64,000 bases of DNA, taken from NCBI GenBank assembly GCA_963693365.1, contig CAVNZM010000002.1:5844259-5908258 (forward strand), given 5' to 3'. The translations under genes and the position numbers were made by a program. The DNA is from Amoebidium appalachense (Eukaryota > Protista > Ichthyosporea). This document shows positions 1 to 24,634 of the stretch, one piece after another; position 1 is the stretch's first letter, and every line of letters starts with the position of its first letter. A model generated the notes under the pieces. The model was not told the origin of the DNA, searched no databases, and saw nothing but the letters and a program-made list of their open reading frames with translations.

Positions 1-301
1 GCGGACGTGGGTGAGTGGATGGCTTGTCTTCTTTTCCTTTTTCTCCCCTCCCCCCCCCCCCCCCCCTCACCGGGGGGGGGGGGGGGGGGGGGGGGAATAT
101 GTGGTATGTATGTTTACCATACCCTTGTTGATATGTGAGAAAGACGGTGAGTGTATTATGTGTGGGTGGGGCCTCTCGTTGTGCTAGGTATGGTTGTGCC
201 CCGCGTGTGTTTCAACTTGGTGGGAATGCCTACATACTCACACATTCGCCCACTCACACTCACACTCGCACTTATACTCTTTCATTTACTCATTGACACA
301 G

Positions 302-750
302 CACATTTTCGAGCATCTCAATCTTCAGCCCAAGGAATCACATGATACAGACATCTCCCGTCTTCGTCCCTGGTACACCGACCTACTGTAAGTGCTTTGC
401 CCCCCCCCCCCCCCCTCTTTCTGGTGACTGGCTCTGTTCAAGTGTCTTCCGCCTGCACGATTAACGTTTGCTTTCGGGGTGTTCAATATTGCGACGTTTT
501 TTAGTTTGTCCTTTGGTGTCTCCTCATCCCTCTAACACATACCTCCCCATCCCCCCCCCCCCCCCCCCCCATCCCCTCCGGGCCAAAACTTGGGTACCGT
601 GGATGACGTGCGTCCCCGTCCCCCCCCCCCCCCCCCCTTCCCCCCGCCCCCTGAGGACGGGCTCTGCTTATTATGCATATTCTTTATGTGTGGTTCGCAC
701 TCTGCATCGTGTTGACCGTTGTTTACGTGTACTTCGTACTTAATAGCATA

Positions 751-789
<39 letters not shown>

Positions 790-3700
790 ACCCCCTTCCC
801 CCCCACCTCCAAAGATCTCAAGTTCTGTGGTCCCATGATTGTTCTAACCCTCGTAAATAAAATGAGTCTTGCATACGTTTCTTCGGTCAAGTGCAGAAAT
901 CTCTGCATACGTGCACTCGCGAACACATACGATTGAGAAGATCTCTTTTGCTCTTCCCCCCCTCTCATCATTCCATCTCTCCCCCCCCCTCCCCCCCCCC
1001 CCCCCCATCTGTTTCTCCCTCCCTTTGACTGTCGTTCTCTTTCACATTCCCTCTTCCGTGTACCTTTCCTCTGTCTTCAATCTCTCAGTCTCTCAGTCTT
1101 CTTTTAATGCCAATCTCTCCAGGCTGGACATAAATACCATTCGTATCTGTATCCACCCACACCTATATTAGTCTAGGTCCCCCACACACAAGCGCGCGCG
1201 CACACACACCACACACACACCCACACACCCCACACACATCAGCACATGCGCACGCACGTGCGCACGTGCACGCTTGCACACACACACACACACACACACA
1301 TCGACATACACATCACACACACACACAGTGGCCTTGTACAGACACTCAGGCGCACACACCCATGCACGTGGTTGCACGCACACGCGCACACACACTCACT
1401 CACTTGCACGCTCACCTACTCGTGCGCTTACGCGTGTACGCACATCACGCACACACACACGTACGTACACGAACACGTACACTAACACGTACACACAGTG
1501 GCCGGTTCTACCGTCAGAACATCTTCATCAGCAGCCTGACCAGCCCCGAGATCAACTCTCTGTTTGCCCGCCACTGCCACAGCCATGCAGGCAAGGCCCG
1601 CTACTCCACCACACACGAAGGAAGCATCTGCCGGGTGGTGCCCCAGATACAGCAGGTGGGTGTCTGTGTTCTAGTGATACCTCGATGTCATTGGTTGGCA
1701 TGCCAAATGGGATGAGTGGTGGATCATGGTGGTTCCGTTGTGTGTTTTTGGGGTTATGTTTGCTTGCTTGTGTATGTTTGTGTGCGTCTGTAGTGTTGTA
1801 GGTGGTGGTGGTGGTGGTGGTGGTGGGGTGGGGTGGGGTGGGGTGGGGTTTTGGGGAGAAGGGGAGGGGGGAGGGAGGGGGGGGGCTCTTCGTTTTGCGC
1901 CGTTTACACTTGCTCTCTTTTTTTTTTTTGTTGGTTGGGGAAGGGTGGGGGGGGGAAAGGGGGGAGTTGGGATGGGGGAACGGGGGGAATGCTGCTCATC
2001 ATTCCAATGGTTGATAGAGCAAAGGAGGTGCCGTGCTGTCTTGAATTTGTGCTACTGTGTGGCTTTAGGAGGGCTGGGTGTGTGTTTGGGGGGTCCTGCG
2101 CTGAAATAGTGGTGGTGGGTTGCCTGTATGAGCGGTGGTGGTGATGGTTGTTTTGGTTCTGTGTCTAAGTTACATTCTTACAGAAGTAGGGAAGGCCAGA
2201 TTGATTGGGCCGAGGGGGGAAGGGGGGGGGGGGGGGGGAGGGGGGGGGGGGAGGGGGAGGGGGGGGAAGGCGACACATTACCGCCAGTTGACCTCCACAT
2301 GTCAGGTTTTTCTGCGGCTGGACTGTGATCGATTTGCCGATCTCGAGGATCGGCGATTCAGCCACTTTATCCGTGAGATCTTGCCCGGGCTTAAAGACTC
2401 GCTGCACAAGCACACGGCCATCTTCGTGTCGAGCTACTTTAACTTCGTCCGATTGAGGAATTACTTCAAGAAGGAAGAGGTGTCATCCACTTATATCTGC
2501 GAGTACGTCTTGCCTCCCCCCCCCCCCCCCCTCCCCCCTCCCCCCTCCCCCCCATCCATCTCTCCCCCCCCCCCCCCCCCCCCCCCCCCCTCCCTCCCTC
2601 CCTCCCTCCCTCTGCCTTTCTCTTTTTCTCACTCTCTCTTCCCCCCCCCCTCCCCCCCCCTCCCCCCCCCCCCCCCCTCTCCCTCCCCTCTCCCTCCCCA
2701 CTTCGACATCCCGTCCTAGAGACTCCCTCTCCCTTGTAGAGCACTAGAAGACACACCCATATAAACAAAGCTTATACTACCGGTCGAAGTCGGCATTCAT
2801 TATGATACGCCCTTCGATCACAACCACTTCATGTGCAGCGCACCGTATACACACGTTTCCATGCATTATCAGGCGTTTGGAACAATTATGTGGAATTCAT
2901 TGATTGAGGAGCATGTGTAACAATGGATGCCCCTCGGGGGGGTGGGGGCAGGGGGAGGAGAGGGGGGGTGGTTATAATGCTTGCTGATGCAGTGGTCGCT
3001 ACTGCCTGCAGGTACACCAAGGACAAGGACATCTCCCGTGCCCGGTCATACCTGTACCACGGCAGGAGGCACTTTCTGCTCTTCACGGAGAGGTTCCATT
3101 TCTTCCGGAGGTAGGTTGCGTGGGTGCTCTGTGTCGGCATGTGGTTTTCTCCTCTTGGATCATGTGTGTGATCTGTGTCGGTGTGTAGTTTTTTCTGCTT
3201 TTGGATCCTGTGTGTGCTCTGTTTCGGTGTGTGTTTTTCCCCATTCAAATCAGGCTCAGTGGAAATAAAGCAACTAGGGCGCGAATGTTGTCGAATGGGA
3301 AGCCCCTATTCCCCCCCTTCCCCCCCCCCCCCCCCCCCCCCGGCGGGCTCAGGGGCCGAAACTCAGACGCAATTGATGACTTGGGCCCCCCCTGAGGATG
3401 GACTCTGCTTATATGATGCATACTGTGCGCATTGCTGATGTTGCATACTTGAATGTTTGCCTTACTACATGTGTCCTGCACCATGCTTCTCATCGTGTAT
3501 GTGTACTTCGTACCGTGTTCCGCATTCAAATCCCCCCCCCCCTCGCCCCCCTCTGCTCCCCCCCTTTCACCTTTTCCTTTTTTTGAACTTTGAGCAGGGA
3601 AAGTGGGAATGATGTGGCTCGGATGAAGCCAGTAAGGGGAGGAATAGTAGCCAGTTAAGAGAAAGAACTGCCATCAGACGAAGGGGGACACACAATGTGC

Positions 3701-4715
3701 GTGGGTTACACCCTTAGACTGTTTCATGTTTTCCTTTGTTCTTTTTCGTGGCCAACAAACACACAAACTCCAAGCGGGTTGCCTATCTTTCTCCCACCCT
3801 CGTTCTCGTAGCCTACTCCATCATTCTTATTTCGTCCATCATTTACCCATTGGGCAGCTGTAGGCTCGATGCTCGGTCCGTCTTGTGTCCCCCCCCCCCC
3901 CCCCCCCCCCCCCCCACGGTTGCCTAACTCGGTCTCCAAGGTGACCTGGGCATGTTATCATTGGGTTTCTGTGGTGTACCTGTGCGCTTCAATCTGTCTT
4001 ATCCATTCCTTCTCCCCTCCCCGTCCCTTCCCCCCCCAGATATCGCCTCCGGGGTGTGCACCATGTGTTCTTCTACGAGCTACCCGTTTACCCACAGTTC
4101 TACTCTGAGATCATCAACTTTATGGAGTCACGCCCAGACATGACGTGCACGGTAAGTCCCCCCCCCCTCCCTCCCTCCCCCCTCCCCCTCCCCCCGGGCT
4201 TGTTCCTGAATAAAATCGGGTGCCACCCATGTTTAAGTGAAACCGCGTGTATGACTTGGGTTTTGCACATGAGATGACGGAGCCAAACACGGGTAATGTG
4301 GCTGATTGTAGGCCACGGCGAGAATGGGCTCCGTTTAATATGCATACTTATGTGCTTTGTAAAAAACACGGGTACTGTGGCTGATTGTAGGCCACCGCGA
4401 GAACGGGCTCTGTTTCTTATGCATACTTACGTGCTTTATAAGTCTGCATGTGTTTGTCAACCCTAAACATGTACTTCGTGGTCTCTTAAGGCTTTCGATC
4501 TCCCGTAGAGGCATAGGAGCCCCACAATGATGTGCTCTGTTTAAGTGTCTTGTGCCTGCCTGCCCCCCCCCCCCCCCCCCCCCCCCCATTTTTTTAAGGT
4601 TGGATTATGGGGTTTCAGCCTTATAATGCATAATACCCCCCCCCCCCCCCCCCCCCCCCGACCCCCCGACCCCCTCCCCCCCCCCCCCCCCCCCCCCCAA
4701 CCACCCACCCACCAA

Positions 4716-4801
<86 letters not shown>

Positions 4802-5166
4802 GCGCGCGCGCACGCACACACACACACGTGTGCGCACACACGCGTCCGTTTTAAAGTAGATAGGTAGGAGGATGGGAAGGAAGGTGGGGGCGGTGGGGAG
4901 AGGGGAGGAATGGGGGGGGGGGGGGGAGGGATGGGGGGCAGTGGTGGTGTCGGCTTCGTGGTTTCTGTCCGCTCAATGCACTTAACTCATTTACCACCAT
5001 CTCCTTTCCTTCCAAACCCCCCCCCCCCCCCCCCCCCCCCTCTCCCCCCTAAAACACACAGGCATTGTACTCGCAGTATGATGCACTGCGTCTGGAGCGG
5101 ATCATTGGCACCACACGCAGCCAGCGCATTCTCGAATCTTCCAAGAAGGCCCACATGTTTTGCTAA
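302..5166 (+). CDS. UTP25: UTP25/DIEXF (U3 snoRNA-associated protein 25), 3' part; 5' exons lie before the window
   Basis: Exons 302-387, 1499-1655, 2306-2502, 3012-3110, 4040-4151, 5062-5166 with GT-AG junctions and compatible phases. Product [24 protein letters not shown]...[12 protein letters not shown]...[19 protein letters not shown]...[19 protein letters not shown]...[25 protein letters not shown]...[14 protein letters not shown]...HMFC* matches the UTP25 C-terminal region as I recall it. Confidence 0.93.
421..545 (-). mobile_element. Penelope-like family, subfamily C terminal fragment
   Basis: ctggtgactggctctgttcaagtgtcttccgcctgc... is homologous to 4525-4635, 10297-10478, 15362-15548 and 19110-19320, and is flanked by C-runs. 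Strand is that of the inferred element ORF. Confidence 0.55.
580..752 (-). mobile_element. Penelope-like family, subfamily B fragment
   Basis: gtggatgacgtg...ctgaggacgggctctgcttattatgcatattctttatg...cttcgtact aligns by eye with 14083-14223 and with the reverse complement of 34607-34728; poly-C on both sides. Confidence 0.65.
3342..3530 (-). mobile_element. Penelope-like family, subfamily A fragment
   Basis: Near-identical to 12538-12718 and 15928-16108 (gggctcaggggccgaaactcagacgcaattgatgacttggg...ccgtgttccgcattcaaa); poly-C on both sides. Confidence 0.7.
4205..4635 (-). mobile_element. Cluster of Penelope-like fragments: two tandem B-type partial copies and one C-type copy
   Basis: 4215-4350 is homologous to 14015-14150. 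The block aaacacgggta.tgtggctgattgtaggccac.gcgagaa.gggctc is duplicated at ~4286 and ~4364. A C-type start lies at 4525. Confidence 0.55.
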
Positions 5167-6394
5167 AACTACTGCTGGAGCTGCAGGGGTTTACGTGATC
5201 ACGTGCGTGTGACATGCTACCGGTGACATGCATTTCGAAGTTGTTTGTTCCCGTGAGTGTGATGTCTTGAACTGAATGGGTGGATATATGGAGTTGGGAG
5301 GTGAGATGTTGTACCTTGATTTTAACTTGTTGCAGAGTTTTGACTATCTGATTTTTCGACACTCCCGATTCGACGTGACTTGTGTCCTGGAAGAAGAATG
5401 GGATGTGCACATTTCTTTTCTTTTTCTTTTTATTCCTCCCGCTTCATTCGGGGGAGAGTGTTGGAGGACAAGGAGGGGGAGGACGAGGACGAGGAGGAGG
5501 AGAGGGGAGGGGGGGGGGGGGGGGGGGATAGGGGAAGGGGGAGAGGGGTTGGCACTGCCATGAAGTTCAGATGGTAAGCCGATGAAGACTATATTACATT
5601 TGCATGAATGCAACGGTTTTTTGTTACTATATATTGGGTATGTTGCTCGTGTATAGCCCAAGCTATTAGAAGCCCCATGCTAGATTTTTTTAATCAGCCT
5701 GACCAATCGGTCGTACATAGTTGAATAGACAAGTAAATTGAACTGTTAGTTGAACTCTAGAGGTGTAAGACAAGTCTCGAAGGCTGAACAATCGTGGGCG
5801 TCGAGTTCACGGTTGCTTATGCATGGCCATCTCTGTCGGTGCATGCACGGGCTGCATATTATTTTACACAATTGCCGTTTGGTTTTGTTTTTGACGTATC
5901 GGTAAACAATGAGACGTATGCCACCAACTTCAATATGTACATGTGCAGGCCCATATGCGGTGAGCGACCGACATTATAACGTCCAGATGGGACAGCGGGA
6001 CAATATGGTTGTGCAGGTGTTGGGTAGTGTAGGTTTGTGAGGGGTAGTAGCATGTACAAGTGTATGGTTTTGGTCACAATGTTGAGGCGGCATGCATGCG
6101 TGCGTGTGTATGTGTGTGTGTGTGTGTGTGACCCTGTGTGTGTGTGTGTGTGCGTCCTGCGTGTGCGCGTGTACACGTGTTGTTGTGTCCCTTAGGCTCT
6201 TGGAGTTTCAGTGAGAGAGACTTGTTGCCAAGGTTTGGCGCTCTTTAATAATCGTGTTTAGGCAAAATCCGAGTACTTATTTTGACACCCTTCAGAATCG
6301 TATTTACTGAATGCCCCCAGGCTGTTAATCGTATTGCGGGGTTTTCTAAATCGTAGTTTACGTCAATATGATTCATAGTGCGCAACCTAGTCAC

Positions 6395-6610
6395 CTTGAG
6401 TGCTGTGTGTCTCCCTGCGGCCCGGCTCAACATACCTTGTATGTTGCCGCAGGCGTCCCGCGGCGTATGGGCCTTAGCCTCTATAGCTCGCAAATCGATC
6501 GGTCCAAAATCCCCCCTTTTTGAGCGATCGTGGTATGAGAATGGAGCATGATATTCGGGAAATTTCAACGTGGAAAGGGAGCTATTGATGTGCACTTTAA
6601 AAGTGCCCGG
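6395..6610. repeat. Dispersed repeat, probably internal to a non-autonomous DNA transposon
   Basis: gagtgctgt...ctccctgc...aacataccttgtatgttgccgcaggcg and downstream motifs recur at 23535-23745. Confidence 0.5.
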
Positions 6611-6968
6611 TTACTTTTTTTCTCTGACAGCAAAAACATGGTGAAATTGTGTTGAAAATTAAATTTTTCATATGTAGGCCCAAAATTGGCCGCCCAACCG
6701 TAACACATAGAAGGAGGGGTATTAGACCCATCAATATGGGGTGCAAAATGCTCAGCTCGCCAAGCCAAGGTCAGTCTCCGGAATCAGATTTTCAAAAAAG
6801 TTTTCCGTTCTCGAGATATTAACACTTTTCCAATCGGACCCCCCAGCTTGAACCCCCACCATGAAATTTAGTTTGCGACCACTTAGGTGCATCATGTGAC
6901 CGTGCACTACGGACCCGCGCGCGCGCGCGCGCGCGCGCGCGCGTGTGTGTGTGTGTACTGTGTGTGTG

Positions 6969-7033
<65 letters not shown>

Positions 7034-7097
7034 TACATGTATGTGTGTGTGTGTTTGTGTGTGTGTGTTTGTGTGTGCGTGTGCACGTGTGTACACT

Positions 7098-7142
<45 letters not shown>

Positions 7143-7158
7143 ACAATGTCTGTACCAT

Positions 7159-7193
<35 letters not shown>

Positions 7194-7209
7194 ACAATGT
7201 CTGTACCAT

Positions 7210-7334
<125 letters not shown>

Positions 7335-7499
7335 CCTAGGGGGACATGCAACATTGAGGATTCACAAGGGCCGGTGGATTTGCCCAGTGACCAACTTAAT
7401 TACTAATGGCCAGAAGGGAATGTGCTGTGTTCGGGTTAATCCCCACTTTGGCACGATTGAGAACAGAGACAGCACCGGGCCCACACGGCACACCCAACT

Positions 7500-8075
7500 T
7501 TACTCCCCACCAACCTCCAAGAGGACTTGACTAAACACCCGTCTATGCCCCTTGTATTTCTTTGCAGCATAGGCTGCAGCAAGGCCAGTAAGCCCACGTG
7601 TGTAAGCATCCATAAAACGAAAAGCCCTACGCGCATATTTACGAATCAGAGACACTGGTATGCCATCTAAAGCAGCAGGCACTGCTTCCCGCAGCTCAGC
7701 TATTTTATAAGACACCTTAAGCCTAAGAATACGCTTGGATTCACCCCAATAATACTCTATGTAGTTAAGCTCACAGTGATACTTAGGATAAAATATGCAT
7801 TCATGCCCGGCCTCTTCTATTACCTCTTGCAACCAAGGGTTTTGCTCTGCAAAATCAGGCTGTAGATCTAGAATACGTGTAGCACAACACTTGTCTGCAG
7901 TGCATGGGGGTCTAGGAACCTTATTAATAATGTCCTCTTGGCTACGTGGATCAGGACATTGCATGATCAAACGCGAAACATCATAGCCCCTCTCTTCCAA
8001 AACCTGTTTCATTCCCTTCCCCAGTTTAACATCTCTTTCACCCACAACCCTTTCTTTGCCGTCTGGCCCCTTTTC
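7500..8075 (-). mobile_element. IS630/Tc1-mariner-like DDE transposase, C-terminal fragment
   Basis: Open frame with GKGMKQVLEERG...CCATRILDLQPDF...LQEVIEEAGHECIFYPKYHCELNYIEYYWGESKR...IRKYARRAFRFMDAY..GL (HCELNxIE variant of SPDLNPIE). No recognisable N-terminal part or paired TIRs. Confidence 0.85.
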
Positions 8076-8329
8076 CTTTACACGTTTATTGTTACATGTT
8101 TTGCATGTAATCAGCAAGTCACCCCCCTCCTCACTCCCCCTTCCCCACCACGTCTATTTTACATACAATTGCAAACACATGCGGCTTCGCTCGTGCGTGG
8201 TTTGTGTGGAACGTGTTAGGCAGGCCACATGCATACTCGTGTGGGACATCCACAGACACCTCAGAGGCTCCCCTCGACAAACGGTGATTAAACACACACA
8301 GACACACTCTTCGCACCCAGCTTGAACAT

Positions 8330-8652
8330 AGCCGGCCAGGCAGGCACCGGGGCGGGCAGCGAGCCAGGTCATGTCGGGTCGGGTCGGTTCATTTAGGGTC
8401 GGGTCGGGCCAAGCGATGACCCGACCCGACCCGAATTGATTGGGGTCCGAAATTGGCCAAAAATTTTTATTGCGGCAATCGACGCGTCTCGTCGAGCTGG
8501 TTCGAGCCACCGTTTCGGATTTTTTTTTTTTTTTTTTATTTTTTTTTTTTTTTTTTTTTTCGCGAAAAGTTTTTTGCGCGCTATAGAGACTAAGGCCCAT
8601 AGTAGTGCCCAGTCACTTACGTGTGGCACTGGGTACATAGCCTTGGAGACTA
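8330..8652. mobile_element. DNA transposon end fragments with (GTCGG)n subterminal repeats
   Basis: gtcgggtcgggtcgg versus gacccgacccgacccga inverted arrays at 8373-8433. 8600-8652 (cacttacgt...gtacatagccttggagacta) matches the element end at 23835-23883. Confidence 0.5.
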
Positions 8653-8816
8653 CATAGTGCAAACGTTACCTAAATCCGGGCATATCGTATCCAATCAAAA
8701 GTGCGAATAACTTGAATAGATCTTATGAATGGGTCAATTACAGCGGTATGTACGTAGGTTATATGACTACGTTCAATATATGCCAATGCTCGATAGGTGC
8801 ACCATTTATTTTTCAG

Positions 8817-8902
<86 letters not shown>

Positions 8903-9137
8903 TGTTTGATTCAACTTGGGCTCAAATCATTGGTCCTTTTACAGAGAGCTGTTATATGCGACTGGCTGTTTATCAGGTCAGCAACGTGCCGTGAGAAGGC
9001 GAAGCTGGTCCTTTTCGGCAAACTTGTTCATAAGCACACAAACATCCTTCTACCCGAAGTTCCCGAATACCTTGACCGTACACACAGCACACACCTGGTC
9101 ACTCGCTCACGATAGAAAATTCCAACGCATAGCAACA

Positions 9138-9174
<37 letters not shown>

Positions 9175-9348
9175 ACAAACACACCCACAAACACACGCAC
9201 CCACACCCACCCACCACACAAACACACACACGAACACACGCAGAAACAGACAAGCATCCAAAACCAGGGAAACAGCCACTTCTAGCCCATACCTTCTTAC
9301 ATACACGTTTCACAGCGCCATCTTCCACCATCTTCACCAACTTCCACC

Positions 9349-20618
<11,270 letters not shown>

Positions 20619-21818
20619 AAGGGCAGGTGCCCTCCATATCCATGCACGTTATCACATGTACACCCAAACACACATGCATGCATGCACACAGGTGGCACAC
20701 ACGTACACACACACACGCACATCACACACGCACGCGCGCGCACTCACCCACCCACCCAACCCCCCCCCCCCCCCCCCCTCCCCCCCCCCCCCCCCCCCCC
20801 CCCCCTCCCTCCCTCCCTCCTTCCCTCCCTCCCTCCCTCCCTCCCTCCCTCCCTCCCTCCCTCCCTTGCGTGCGACTAGAGATTCCCGGACAGATCAGCT
20901 AAAAAAAGCACCCCCTTTTCGGTTTCATAGTAAAACTTAGTACCGAGATGAGTGGTCCTTAAAAAAAAAAAACGGTGTCTGAAAGTATGGCTAAATCATT
21001 GCATTTGTCAATAAAAAACCCAGCCAAAAAGACTTGCACGTTTTTTGACGTTTTTGTTGTGCTCCACAGTTAAACGGACGGAAAGCCTCCGGATGTAGCA
21101 AAGAAACAAGCACACCATATGGTGAAGAGGGGAAAAAGTCATTATTCAAACATAACAAGACACTTTGTGCAAAAGACTTAGACTTTATTGATGAAGGTTC
21201 GGACTGAGAAAGAGAAACTCGTGTCATAGTGCCTGGCAAAAGAACATGATATGTATCTGTATTGCTTGATCAACAACGTTTGACATACAATTTCTATGAC
21301 GGGACATCTATCAGAAGAATAAAAAGAATAAAAATGTAACACTGCTTTACGAAAATGTAACAACCCACTGGTTTGCTCTCAACTGTAATAAAGCTTTTGT
21401 AGAGGAGGGTATGGCCATTATTTGTCCTGAAATCACCTAAGTCATTAAAAAATGGGGCTGTGGAACCACCTGAAGATAACAACAAATACATAGGTGTCCA
21501 CCCGTTTGCTAGCAAGCAGCACTACTTACAACGGCAGAGCGCGCCATTATACGCGGTCCAAGCCCCTAACATAGAAGAAAAAGAAAAAGGATCAAACAAA
21601 AAAACTAGTAATGACCTAAGATAAAAAAAACGGCAAACACGCAACAGACCCACATGACTCACAGGCTGCGTGTTGCCGGTCTAACCCGTACTGGTAGCAA
21701 GACACAAAATCGATTTGCATACTACTGTTGTAGAGCTATATGATTGGTTAAAATCAAAAACGTATGAGCCAATCAAAAGCTTTCAACGGAGTTTTTTTAT
21801 TTCGTGATATTACAATAT

Positions 21819-23883
21819 TAGTCCCCAAGGATGGTTTACGTAAGTGGCCGGGCACTACTACGCCACGCCTGCGGCAACATAAAAAAAAAAAAAAAAAAAA
21901 AAAGAGGCCGCAGGGAAGAAAGCACTCAGAGTGACTATTACAATATCACGATTCACATCGTCGTAGGCCGCGCGCAGGCATCATTATCCATATGGTTGAG
22001 CACAACTCGCCACACAGTGTGTATACGTATATACGGCCCGTTCCAGTTTCTGAGTTTTCGCTTCGCTAGCGCTGTTGAAAACCTCATTATTTTCCTGTTT
22101 CTGTTTTCCCACATGTCTCATTGAATTGTTAGATTATTTGCACGCGCATCCAAGCGCTCTTACGAAAGTGACTTCGTCCCTGGTCCCCGTTGTGGAGCTT
22201 GCCGCCGTCGTCGGCTGCTGCGCGTGTCACGCTTCAGTGATTCACCGTGGCTCGTGTTTTTTTCTTGCGCCCCCCAGAAAAGTGGCTTAGTGGATCTTCT
22301 CTTTCCTGCTTTTCCTTAGCGTTTCAGTTTTTTTTTTAACCGAGAGTTGTGTGTCGTTTTCAACAGTAATGTTTTTTTTTTTTTTGGAATTGGAATGCGT
22401 GATTTGTAGCGATTGGTTGAAACAGCACCATGGCTCCATGGCGTTGACCAATAGCAGCTCGCCAAAACCGCAGTAAATCGTCGTGCAAATCGATTTTGTG
22501 TCTCGCTACCCCATAGCAATTTCTTGGTTCTGCATGCCCCCTGCAGGGGCACGCTGATGGGCCTGAAGCCTTCGGCACACACACACACATACAAACACTG
22601 CCTGTGCCATACGACACTACAATACGTATATGACGTACATATAGGTACATGCACATGGCACAAGCTCATGGCACACGTACGCGCACCCGGCGTACGTAAG
22701 CACGTAGGCTGCTCACTCCCGGCCCACGGATCCGTGCTTGAACCTCGCCGCGCTTAGGCGCTGACATGTACACCATAGATTCTTGTAGATCTCTTGGGCC
22801 AATAGATAGCCCAGAGTACTCTGAGATCTTGTAGATCCGGTATACAGCGGTGCGGGCAGTGGGCTGCACGGCGTGTGCGGCATGTACAGTCTCGAAGAAG
22901 TGTGTCACTTACAAGTTTCAGTGATAGGCAACCAGGCCTCTGTGCCTTCTGTGTGCACTTTGCGCCCGACTGCCAATTTCACATCGATTTTGATATAAGT
23001 TTCTGGTAACTTTTGGTAAAAATGAAACGTATAAGGTTAGTGAATGTAAGAAATATGATTGGTTGAAACAGACTGAAAAGGTCCATGAGATATTCTATGG
23101 TCTGATTGCAAGGAGTATATTATTTGTTATCCAGTACAAATCAAATATTTATTGTTTGAAACTTCATGGAATCCCGGGCGCGCTGGCCGGGCTTGCAGTC
23201 CGAGCCACTAACAGTCTCAGTGCGGTGGTGGCTGACAGTGAGTCGCTTCGCGTGGATCTAAATATCTAAATATCTAGATTGTTAAATTTACGTATAAAAC
23301 TTCCGCAATCCGATCGATCTGTTAATTTTTAAAGTTTGCATAAAATTTAGATTGATTTCGACCCTCTTCCAGATGGGCGCATCTGGAAGGGAGAGGGGGG
23401 GGGTCTTCTAGATGTCTGGGATGAGACGATTGGTCCTTGGAACCCGCCTAAATATCTCTTATCCAATAGAATTGCGTGTGCTCCCAAGTGGGGCGCGCGG
23501 GCTTCCTGAGAACTTCTGGAGGCTTAGTCACTTTGAGTGCTGTCTCCCTGCCGCCTCTAACATACCTTGTATGTTGCCGCAGGCGACAGTCACTAGACAA
23601 AGTTTAATCGCGCGTAATCGGATCTTGCCTTACGAGCGGCGATTGGTTCAAAATGACGTAAACCCAGCATATCAGTAAAAGACATGATCCGCCTGCCCAG
23701 GCTTTTTTATACAATGAGATTAAATGATCACTTTAAAACTTGTGAGCATTCCGACTGGTCATTACATATGGAGCGATCTGATTGGTCATCACAGCCAGAA
23801 GGACCCAGCCGGAGACATCCCGCAGCGTCGTAGGCCGCCCCGGCCACTTACGTAAGCCAGTGGGTACACAGCCTTGGAGACTA
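21819..23883. mobile_element. Putative non-autonomous DNA transposon with imperfect TAG...CTA terminal inverted repeats
   Basis: Left end tagtccccaagg..tggtttacgtaagtggccgggc; reverse complement of right end tagtctccaagg...tggcttacgtaagtggccgggg. No TSD and no transposase found. Confidence 0.5.
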
Positions 23884-24322
23884 CTGGAGGCTCGGTCTCT
23901 CTTTCGCGTGCGTGCGCGTGCGCCCGTGTGTTTGTGTGTTTGTGCATTATGATACTATTATGTATGTGCGTGTGCTTGACAATCACAATCGTGTGTCCAT
24001 ACCGATCTGTTAGGCCGTGAGTTGCGCTCAGTCTGTGTACACAGCAACATATTCTTGTGCACACACGTCACTTTATGATTAATATGTGCCCATACCTGCG
24101 CCCGGCCATTGCACGTATAGTTTTTTTGACTTTCGATTGCATCCGGGTGAGTAGCAATTTTTTTTTATTTTTTATTTTTATTATATATATAAACCCTCCG
24201 TCCCTACATTCTTTTTTATTTTTTTTTTTTTATTTTTTTTATTTTTTTATTTTTTTTTTATTTTTTTTTTGGGGGGGGGGGGGGGGGGGCTCCTTCCCAT
24301 ATGGATGGTGGGTTACCCCCCC

Positions 24323-24353
<31 letters not shown>

Positions 24354-24592
24354 ACCCACACACACACCCACACCCACACCGGTACCCTCCTTCAAAACAG
24401 TTGTGGTTAATTCCCCCGTACCCTTCAACTCCTTCCCCTCTCCCCCCACCCCACCCCCACCCCCAATTGGAACACTCCAATTGCAATCAGAAGTGAAGAC
24501 AACCAGGGCGGTGACAGTGGTGTAGCATTTAGTCAATTCATATCCTTCTCCCTAGCCAACTAAACATGTGCAACATCCCCTCCCCCCTCCAG

Positions 24593-24634
<42 letters not shown>

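Noticed and set aside
1-16. Possible exon end gcggacgtgg|gtgagt for UTP25
   Set aside because: Too short to test, and it does not give the residues expected just before HIFEHLN.
3372-3396. Box C (TGATGA) and box D (CTGA) suggesting an intronic snoRNA
   Set aside because: The boxes are only about 13 nt apart, box C is not kept in subfamily B, and the motif is part of a dispersed truncated repeat.
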